From Candidatus Micrarchaeota archaeon (GTDB lineage: Archaea > Micrarchaeota > Micrarchaeia > Anstonellales > Bilamarchaeaceae), in the NCBI GenBank assembly GCA_043827025.1, contig JBDRPL010000032.1:33110-97109 (forward strand): DNA of 64,000 bases, read 5' to 3'. A program made the translations under genes and the position numbers. Below are positions 57,028-64,000 of the stretch, one piece after another. The notes beneath the pieces were generated by a model. The model had not been told where the DNA came from. It did no database searches and was given only the letters and a program-made list of their open reading frames with translations. Positions within the stretch are counted from its first letter, which is position 1. Each line of letters starts with the position of its first letter.

Positions 57028-57798
57028 ATGAACCTCATCCTTGACCTTACCAGGTCTGTTCAGGACAATGCTGCCACTTATTACGAAAGGGCAAAGGAGC
57101 TGAAGAAGAAGAAAGAAGGGCTTGAGGCTGCAATAGAAGAAACTAAGAAAGAGATTGAATTAACAAAGGCAAAGGCTGAGGCTGACAAGAAAAAGGTACG
57201 TGTCACAAAAGAGAAGAAGTGGTTCGAGAAATTCAACTATTTTACAACCTCAAGTGGAAGGTTGGCTATAGGTGGCAGAAACGCGCAGCAGAACGATATT
57301 GTCTACAAGAAATATTTCGAAGATGCGGACTTGTTTTTTCATGCAGATATCCAGGGAGGTTCTGCAGTAATTCTAAAAGACGGAATAAATGCAAGCGAAG
57401 AAGAATTGCTGGAAGTTGCACAATATACAGCAAGCTTTTCAAATGCCTGGAAAAATGGAAACTCAGCAGTTGATGTCTATTGCGTGAAGAAAGAACAGGT
57501 ATCGAAGCATTCTCATGGCGGATTCATAGCCCAGGGAGCATTTGCAATCACTGGCGAAAAGAAGTGGTTTCGATCAACTAGCCTTGGCCTTAAGGTTGGT
57601 GTTTCTGAAACAGGGATCAATGTCCTTCCAATAGTGTCAAAGGTGAAACTCGGGAAATCCGTTTCCCTGTTCCCAAGCAAAGTAGGGAAGACAAAGGGAG
57701 ATTTAATCAAATCATTGTCAAAGTATTTCTCAGCCCATCCGAATGAGCTTATGGAGATACTCCCTTCTGGTAATTCAAAAGTGAAATATGACAATTAG
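57028..57798 (+). CDS. NFACT-R (DUF814) domain protein, truncated Rqc2/NEMF-like
   Basis: Coiled-coil N-term then GGRNAQQNDIVYKKY...FFHADIQGGSAVIL characteristic of the NFACT-R domain; lacks the NFACT-N domain. Confidence 0.55.
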   Translation: MNLILDLTRSVQDNAATYYERAKELKKKKEGLEAAIEETKKEIELTKAKAEADKKKVRVTKEKKWFEKFNYFTTSSGRLAIGGRNAQQNDIVYKKYFEDADLFFHADIQGGSAVILKDGINASEEELLEVAQYTASFSNAWKNGNSAVDVYCVKKEQVSKHSHGGFIAQGAFAITGEKKWFRSTSLGLKVGVSETGINVLPIVSKVKLGKSVSLFPSKVGKTKGDLIKSLSKYFSAHPNELMEILPSGNSKVKYDN

Positions 57799-57940
57799 TT
57801 CGGGGGAGTCAGGAATCCCAGGGAAACTAGAGGGGGTGTCCCCCTCTGGTTGGCCTTTGTCAAAGTATTTTGGAGCACATCCAAACGAATTGATGGAAAT
57901 ACTTCCTTCTGGCAACTCAAAGGTAAAGTATGACAGCTAA
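57715..57940. repeat. diverged tandem duplication (~84 bp, ~80% identical) of the 3' end of the NFACT-R gene, separated by a perfect GC hairpin (57829-57847 AGAGGGGG-UGU-CCCCCUCU)
   Basis: Copy 1 at 57715-57798 encodes ...LSKYFSAHPNELMEILPSGNSKVKYDN*; copy 2 at 57857-57940 encodes LSKYFGAHPNELMEILPSGNSKVKYDS* inside a 50-codon ORF (57788..57940). Confidence 0.6.
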
Positions 57941-58120
57941 TCAAACATAGGTAGGCTTTAATTTTTTGCCTGCTAATTACTTGCGGGGATTCAAATTGCA
58001 GCGCGAATTGAAGTATTTCTGAAAGACTATAGTCTGGATACCAACGCTCGGAAAGCTGAACAGCTTATCAGGTCAGAGCTAGGGCTGGAAGTTTCTTGCA
58101 GGTTCATCGATGTTTATAGG

Positions 58121-60769
58121 GTGGATGCAGAGCTTGAAGATTCGAAGTTCAAAGAATTGGGAGTAAAAGTCCTGACTGATCCTGTTTCACATGACATCTC
58201 ATTCGATTCGCCATTCGAAAATACCTGGAGATTCGAAATATCTTCGCAGATCGATTCCCAGGGTAGGTATGCAAGCGAAGCGATTCGCGATGCCTATGGA
58301 CTCGACACCAAGGTCAATCATTACGAATTGTATTCTCTTTCTGCAAATGTAGTGCGTGCAGAACTTGATTTTCTAGATGTCCAGAGGATATCGAAACTAT
58401 TCTATGATTCTCAACGCCAGCATTGTACAATACTGAAGCCTCGTGAGAATTCTGAATATGCACCTATTGGGAGTTCAAAACCCAAGCCGGATTTTCAATC
58501 ATTTTCTATGCCTGCACTTGAAAGCAGACTCGTGCAACTCTCAAATGATTTTTCACTTGGCCTGTCTGCAAACGAGATGAAGGCGATAAAATACCATTAC
58601 AAGTCTGCAAAGATAATCACTGCAAGGAAGCGCCTTGGGCTTGATGGCGACATAAATGAAGTGGAGCTAAATGCAATCGCAGGCCTATGGTCTGAGAGGT
58701 GCAAACACAAACTTTTCAATTCAAGGATAAATTATCGAGAGAACGGAGAACTCCATTCAATAAATTCGCTTTTCAGGACTTTCATACAAGGTGCTGGAGA
58801 AAGGACAAGGAAACCCTACGTGATAAGCGCATTTACAGATAATGCAGGAATAATGAAATTCAATCCAGATTACGATGCTGTTGTAAAGGTAGAGGCGCAG
58901 GATGTTTTCTCAGATCCATATCACAGCTCTCTGGAATGTATGCTCCATACCCAAAGGCATGTGCTTGGTACAGGAAGGGGTGCAAAGTTGATTGCAACAA
59001 CTGACGTGATATGTTCGGATGCTCCTCTTTTGCGCAAAGGTCAGGATGGGAAGGACAAGTGCAATAGTTTGACAGCTGTTGTGAAAGGCATTTCAGATTC
59101 ATCTAATAAGGCAGGTGTTCCGATAGTTAATGGCTCTGTTGTTCTGGAAGACTCATTTTCAATGAATCCCCTGTTATATTGCGGGGCAATAGGCCTTATT
59201 CCCTGCTCTGCAAATTCCAAGAATTCTACAGAAAAGCAGGCATCTCATGGAAATCATTTAGTGATGGTGGGCAGCAGGTTTGCAGATGTTGCTTCTGAAA
59301 AGATGGTGGCTGATTTCATAGTGGATGCAAGGGATAATTTTCTTTATTCTGCCATTACTGATAGTGGTCAAGGCGGGCTTTCTACAAACATTGCAGACCT
59401 TGCACTTCTTTCAGGAGGGTGTGACATAGACTTGGGCAATTGTATCTCATTAAAAGATAATCTGGCTTTACCGCAGGTCTTTGTTTCCGAATGCCTGGGG
59501 AAGATGATATTAGCAGTCAAACCAGAGGATCTTGAAAAATTAAAATTGCTTTCTGAAAAACATGGTGTGGATTTGTCCGTAGCCGGAACATTCACTGAAA
59601 ACGGTTATATCCGTTTGTTTTATGGGAAACAGGTGGTTGCGTATATTGATTTGAAATTCCTGCACGAAGATCTTCCTCAACTCGAACTCAATGCAGTATG
59701 GAATAAAAAATCATTTCTATTGCCTAATATAAAAGAAACAGATCCCCTTGCAGTTCTCAAACTCCTTCTATCAAGCCAAAACATTTCTTCAAGGGAACGC
59801 ATAACTGAGACATTCAATCTGGATGTTGGCGGAAGGAGCGTTATAAGGCCAAGGATGTTTTCCCCTCCGGACGCTGCAGTAATCCGCCCTTCCTATGACT
59901 CGAATGAAGGCCTTGTGATTGCAAATGGCGTGTGCCCAAAGTATGTGCAGGATGGCCATGTACTATCTTCAATGGCATTTGATGAAGCAGTAAGGAACGC
60001 GATTTCTGCAGGTGCCAAATTCGGTTACCTTGCAGCAATAGACAATTTCTCCTGGCCAGATTCGATAAATTCTAATGTGGAGGGCAATTACGCTCTTGGG
60101 CAACTGGTACGTGCGTGTATTGGGTTGTATGATGCTTCCACGCAGTACATGGTTCCAATTATATCTGGCAAAGATTTTGCATATGTTGACAAAGGATCCG
60201 GCATGCTTAATCTATTGATCACAATAGTAGGAAAGATTGATGATGTAAGGTATGCGCTTACTCCGGAGTTCAAGAAACCCGGTGACTTTATTTATCTTCT
60301 AGGAGAGACAAAGGGAGAGTTGGGTGGAAGTGAGTATTACAGGATTTTTGGAGGCATAGGTACAGAAACTCCGAAAGTTGATTTTGACACCAACTTCAAA
60401 TTGTATAAATCCCTGTCAAGTGCAATAGAAGATAAACTTCTTGTTTCATGTCATGATGTTTCGGATGGAGGTCTTGCAGTAGCTCTTGCCGAGATGTCTT
60501 TCCCTTCTGGTTTTGGGCTTGATTTTGATCTTTCAGTCCTACACTCTTCAATGATGAATGAGGACGCATTGCTTTTTTCAGAGACTCCTGGAAGATTTGT
60601 AGTTTGTGTTTCTCCTGAAAATGTGGATCGTTTTGAACAGGCCATGGCAGGCTCTAAGTTCGCAAAGGCAGGTCGTGTAAGGGGGGACAAACGATTTGTC
60701 GTCAGGAGGAATAGCGAGACAATAATAAATGAATCGCTTGAGGAATTAGAGTCAACATGGAGGAAGTAG
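58121..60769 (+). CDS. purL: FGAM synthase PurL-family protein with PurS-like N-terminal region (start likely upstream, non-canonical)
   Basis: SERCKHKLFN (PurL SEHCxHK motif), AIRS-type domains; the in-frame upstream region 57989-58120 encodes a PurS-like segment (ARIEVFLKDYSLDTNARKAEQLIRSELGLEV) but has no ATG/GTG/TTG before the GTG at 58121. Confidence 0.6.
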   Translation: MDAELEDSKFKELGVKVLTDPVSHDISFDSPFENTWRFEISSQIDSQGRYASEAIRDAYGLDTKVNHYELYSLSANVVRAELDFLDVQRISKLFYDSQRQHCTILKPRENSEYAPIGSSKPKPDFQSFSMPALESRLVQLSNDFSLGLSANEMKAIKYHYKSAKIITARKRLGLDGDINEVELNAIAGLWSERCKHKLFNSRINYRENGELHSINSLFRTFIQGAGERTRKPYVISAFTDNAGIMKFNPDYDAVVKVEAQDVFSDPYHSSLECMLHTQRHVLGTGRGAKLIATTDVICSDAPLLRKGQDGKDKCNSLTAVVKGISDSSNKAGVPIVNGSVVLEDSFSMNPLLYCGAIGLIPCSANSKNSTEKQASHGNHLVMVGSRFADVASEKMVADFIVDARDNFLYSAITDSGQGGLSTNIADLALLSGGCDIDLGNCISLKDNLALPQVFVSECLGKMILAVKPEDLEKLKLLSEKHGVDLSVAGTFTENGYIRLFYGKQVVAYIDLKFLHEDLPQLELNAVWNKKSFLLPNIKETDPLAVLKLLLSSQNISSRERITETFNLDVGGRSVIRPRMFSPPDAAVIRPSYDSNEGLVIANGVCPKYVQDGHVLSSMAFDEAVRNAISAGAKFGYLAAIDNFSWPDSINSNVEGNYALGQLVRACIGLYDASTQYMVPIISGKDFAYVDKGSGMLNLLITIVGKIDDVRYALTPEFKKPGDFIYLLGETKGELGGSEYYRIFGGIGTETPKVDFDTNFKLYKSLSSAIEDKLLVSCHDVSDGGLAVALAEMSFPSGFGLDFDLSVLHSSMMNEDALLFSETPGRFVVCVSPENVDRFEQAMAGSKFAKAGRVRGDKRFVVRRNSETIINESLEELESTWRK

Positions 60770-60770
60770 T

Positions 60771-61223
60771 ATGGTTGAATACAAAAATCCAGGACACACA
60801 GTCATTATCATCATCGAGAGCAAAGAAAATGGCAAACTAGTTTTGACAAAACGAGGCATTGACCCATTCAAGGGACATCTGTTGTTTCCTGGTGGATTTG
60901 TTGAGTATGAGGAAACCGTAGAGCATGCTGCTGAAAGAGAGTCAATGGAAGAGGCCGGCGTCAAGATAAAACTAAAGGAAATACTTGGCGTTTATTCAAA
61001 GCCGGATCGTGATCCCAGGGGCCATAATATCTCAACAGTTTTCATTGCAGAAGCTCTTAATGACAATGTGAAGGCAGGGGATGATGCGGAAGAAGCATTC
61101 CTTGCAAAGCCAGAAGAGATTGATGTTTCAAAGCTTGGTTTCGACCATCCTCAGATATTCAAGGACTATCTTGTCTGGAAAAAGAAGAAAGGGACTTATT
61201 GGTCTGGGAAAAGTAAGGATTAA
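60771..61223 (+). CDS. NUDIX hydrolase
   Basis: Nudix box GGFVEYEETVEHAAERESMEEAGV. Confidence 0.8.
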   Translation: MVEYKNPGHTVIIIIESKENGKLVLTKRGIDPFKGHLLFPGGFVEYEETVEHAAERESMEEAGVKIKLKEILGVYSKPDRDPRGHNISTVFIAEALNDNVKAGDDAEEAFLAKPEEIDVSKLGFDHPQIFKDYLVWKKKKGTYWSGKSKD

Positions 61224-61247
61224 ATGGATTAACTAAGAGTGGTAGAT

Positions 61248-62951
61248 ATGTTGGATAAACTGAAGCATGAGCTGGCAGTTGTATTGGAAAAGGAAACCGG
61301 CGTAGCAAAAGATGAAGTCTTAAGGACATTCGAATCCTCGCAATTCAGCGACCTTACCACAAAGGTTGCATTTGTTGTTGCTAAGAAGGATGGAAATGAC
61401 CAGAATCCAATGGAAGTTGCCAATGGCTTGATTGGGAAGATTAAGCACAAATATATAGAAAGGGTCGAGTCAAAAGGCCCTTATCTCAACATCTTTTTCA
61501 ATGACAAGTTCTATTCCGATTCTGTGAAAGAGATTCTCAAGCAGAAAGAAAAATATGGAAAGAAAAAGAGCACGAAAAGGAAGATGATGGTCGAGTTCTT
61601 CCATGCCAACACTCACAAAGGCGTTCACATTGGCCACATACGTAATATCTCAATTGGCGAGTCATTGTGCAGATGTTTGGAATTCGCAGGCAATAAGGTC
61701 ATACGTGCAAACTTCCAGGGAGATATAGGCCCTCATGTTGCAAAATGCCTCTGGGGGTTTATCAATCTATATCATGAGCAGGCGCCAACTGAAAAACGTG
61801 GAATATGGCTAGGAAAGGTTTATGCAGAAGCATCCAGCAAGACAAAGGATAATGAAGAACTTGAAGCACAGGTAAAAGACATAAACATGAAGATTTATGC
61901 TGGAGATAAACGTCTTACGGAGATCTGGAAAAAGACAAGGCAGTGGTGCCTTGACGACTTTGAATTGTTCTACAATGAATTCAATGTGCATTTCAATGAG
62001 TTGTATTTCGAAAGCCAGTCTGAAAAAGTAGGGAAGAAGCTGGTTCATGAACTTCTTGAAAAAGGAATTGCTAAGGAAGATCAGGGAGCAATAGTCATGG
62101 ACCTGAAAAATGATGGTGGCCTTGGAGTTTACATTCTTCTTACACGGGAAGGCTATGCACTTTATTCGACAAAGGACCTTGGTTTGGCAAAAATCAAATC
62201 TGGTAAATACAAGGACCTGGACAGAAGCATTCATGTGGTTGGAAAGGAACAGGAGTATCATTTCAAGCAGCTGTTCAAGACTTTTGAGAAAATCGGCATG
62301 GAAGATTTTGCTCGCATTTCTTATCATCTTATTTATGGCCTTGTGATGTTGCCAGAAGGCAAGATGTCCTCAAGGGAAGGGACTATGGTGCTTTATGATG
62401 ACCTGAAGGACAAGGTCCTTGAACTCACGCGGGAAGAGGTAAAGAAAAGGCATGAAGAATGGAGCGAGTCGCAAATCGAAGATACTGCAAAAAAGATTGG
62501 ACTCGGAGCCATAAAATTCTCCCTGCTTAACAGGGAAAACAACAAAGTCATGGTCTTTGATTGGGACCAGGCGCTTAATCTTGAAGGTGATTCCGGCCCC
62601 CACGTTCAATACTCATTTGTTAGGACAAATGGAATTCTCTCTCGCACGGATGTGAAGCCAAAGCTTGGCACAAAATACAAATTCAATCCTGATGAAAAAG
62701 CTCTTATAAAACGAATGATTGAGTTTCCAGATGTGATGGCATCAATCTCAAGGGATTATGATACAGGCAGGCTTCCGAATTACTTGTTGCGCCTTTCAAC
62801 TGATTTCAATAAATTCTACGGAACATCTAAAGTGATTGTCGAAGATGATAAAGACACAACCCAAAACAGGCTTGGAATCGTGCAGGCAACAAATTATCTG
62901 CTGAAATCAGGCTTGACACTGCTTAACATTGATTGTCCTGAGAAGATGTAG
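61248..62951 (+). CDS. argS: arginyl-tRNA synthetase
   Basis: HIGH motif (HANTHKGVHIGHIRN), class I fold, C-terminal DALR anticodon-binding region; start set at MLDKLKHEL. Confidence 0.85.
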   Translation: MLDKLKHELAVVLEKETGVAKDEVLRTFESSQFSDLTTKVAFVVAKKDGNDQNPMEVANGLIGKIKHKYIERVESKGPYLNIFFNDKFYSDSVKEILKQKEKYGKKKSTKRKMMVEFFHANTHKGVHIGHIRNISIGESLCRCLEFAGNKVIRANFQGDIGPHVAKCLWGFINLYHEQAPTEKRGIWLGKVYAEASSKTKDNEELEAQVKDINMKIYAGDKRLTEIWKKTRQWCLDDFELFYNEFNVHFNELYFESQSEKVGKKLVHELLEKGIAKEDQGAIVMDLKNDGGLGVYILLTREGYALYSTKDLGLAKIKSGKYKDLDRSIHVVGKEQEYHFKQLFKTFEKIGMEDFARISYHLIYGLVMLPEGKMSSREGTMVLYDDLKDKVLELTREEVKKRHEEWSESQIEDTAKKIGLGAIKFSLLNRENNKVMVFDWDQALNLEGDSGPHVQYSFVRTNGILSRTDVKPKLGTKYKFNPDEKALIKRMIEFPDVMASISRDYDTGRLPNYLLRLSTDFNKFYGTSKVIVEDDKDTTQNRLGIVQATNYLLKSGLTLLNIDCPEKM

Positions 62952-62970
62952 CTGTGAAAACGCAGACCAT

Positions 62971-63711
62971 TTATTTTTTCTTTATGTTCTTCAGTACTTC
63001 TTCCAAATCCCTTTTGACTCCGAACTTCGCGAAATAATTCAACACGTTGGTTACATCCCTTCTCAAAAATACTTCTGCCTTAGGATGGTGCAACACAACT
63101 CCCTGGCCGAAATCTATCAGATAAGGCACTGGGCCAAGTAATATATTATATTCACTCAGGTCTGCATGGACCAACCCGGCCAGATACATCTTTTTAATGT
63201 CTGCCAGTACATCATCAAGGTCCTGTTCGCTTCTTGGTCCAACCATGTTCAGGTTTGGATAAGGCAATCCTTCTTCGCCAAGGAATGTCATCACAAGTAC
63301 ATTCTTCTCTACAAAAATAGGCATAGGGCAATGCACGCCTGCGCGTTCGCATGCCTCAAGATTTTTATATTCCTTCCTTGCGAAAATATAAACGATTTCA
63401 GTTCCTTTCTTAGATATGCCTTTGAATCTTGGGTCGCCATCGATATACTCGCTTTTCCTGAAAAAAGGTGCAGTCTCAATCTTGTATATTTTGATAGCCA
63501 CATGCTTCTCATCAACAGTGGTGCCTCTGAATACATTTGCTTCCTTGCCTGTTGAAATTGGATAATCCACATTCCTTATTATGCCCTTCTTCATCAACTT
63601 TGCAAGAATAAGGAGGGTCTGCTTGTCAAAAACTTCGCTTTCTATTTTTCTCTGCTCTTTTAACTGATAATCTTCCTTGAGCTTCTTCTTCGTCATATTC
63701 GACTTCCTCAA
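62971..63711 (-). CDS. rio1: RIO-type serine protein kinase (Rio1-like)
   Basis: ATP-binding VAIKIYK, catalytic LVHADLSEYNILL, metal-binding IDFGQ. Confidence 0.8.
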   Translation of the reverse strand: MRKSNMTKKKLKEDYQLKEQRKIESEVFDKQTLLILAKLMKKGIIRNVDYPISTGKEANVFRGTTVDEKHVAIKIYKIETAPFFRKSEYIDGDPRFKGISKKGTEIVYIFARKEYKNLEACERAGVHCPMPIFVEKNVLVMTFLGEEGLPYPNLNMVGPRSEQDLDDVLADIKKMYLAGLVHADLSEYNILLGPVPYLIDFGQGVVLHHPKAEVFLRRDVTNVLNYFAKFGVKRDLEEVLKNIKKK

Positions 63712-63712
63712 A

Positions 63713-64000
63713 CTAGATAAAGTTTCTGTCTCTCAGCCATCTGACTTCAATAGGCTTGTATCTCCAGATTATATCTCCTTTCTTGTCACCTTCGAGTTCC
63801 CACTCCTGTACGATGACAGCATCGCCGTCTCTGACCCATATCTGGTTCTTTAATCTTCCAGGCATCCTGCACATTCTTTCCTTGCCATCTTTGCACTGGA
63901 CAAGCATTCTGCTTCCGCCCATCATCCCTATAACTATTCCAAGGACTTCGCGTTCACTTTCTCTGGGAAGCCTTACTCTGCTCACAGTCTGTTCCTGATT
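63713..64000 (-). CDS. eif1a: translation initiation factor 1A (aIF-1A), N-terminus beyond window end
   Basis: S1-like OB fold GRMLVQCKDGKERMCRMPGRLKNQIWVRDGDAVIV...IIWRY; open frame continues to position 64000 (…NQEQTVSRVRL). Confidence 0.75.
   Translation of the reverse strand, partial: NQEQTVSRVRLPRESEREVLGIVIGMMGGSRMLVQCKDGKERMCRMPGRLKNQIWVRDGDAVIVQEWELEGDKKGDIIWRYKPIEVRWLRDRNFI

Noticed and set aside
1-64000. CRISPR arrays, rRNA operons, integrase or transposase full-length genes
   Set aside because: No regularly spaced direct repeats, no 16S/23S-like conserved stretches and no full-length recombinase ORF were seen. Only an HTH fragment (51510..51746) hints at a mobile-element remnant.

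Overview
This 64 kb window is an AT-rich archaeal chromosome segment that is mostly housekeeping genes. The gene set is archaeal: Orc1/Cdc6, TFB, Hjc, Kae1, aIF-5A, aIF-1A paired with a RIO kinase, r-proteins S24e and S27ae, an Sm protein, SMC and ArgS. It also carries an almost complete archaeal-type mevalonate pathway module: mevalonate kinase, isopentenyl-phosphate kinase, a UbiX-like prFMN synthase, a UbiD-like decarboxylase, and both AcnX-type phosphomevalonate dehydratase subunits. Lipid-related genes follow (UbiA prenyltransferase, ICMT-like methyltransferase, CPBP protease). I could read three intron-containing tRNAs directly: Thr-GGU, Ala-GGC with a roughly 88-nt intron and the G3:U70 identity pair, and a probable Pro-CGG. 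Two of the tRNAs have short local duplications of their own ends with hairpins. Two GC-rich, hairpin-dense noncoding blocks stand out against the AT-rich background (about 4285-4615, and 36871-37110 directly after the tRNA-Pro) and are candidate structured RNAs that I could not classify. The more accessory-looking content is: two ankyrin-repeat proteins; a convergent PP2C/HprK-like pair; a 900-aa S8 protease with two membrane proteins; a VapBC pair; a basic repeat protein with an HTH fragment and a zinc-ribbon ORF; and a minus-strand cluster of TldD, Roadblock, a KaiC-like RecA-fold protein with a degenerate Walker A, and two paralogous VirB2/TrbC-like small membrane proteins, facing a membrane-fused spermidine-synthase-like gene. 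Two tandem zinc-ribbon mini-proteins are embedded between ubiX and ubiD. All calls rest on motifs I read in the translations. No database search was run, and the ncRNA assignments in particular are tentative.
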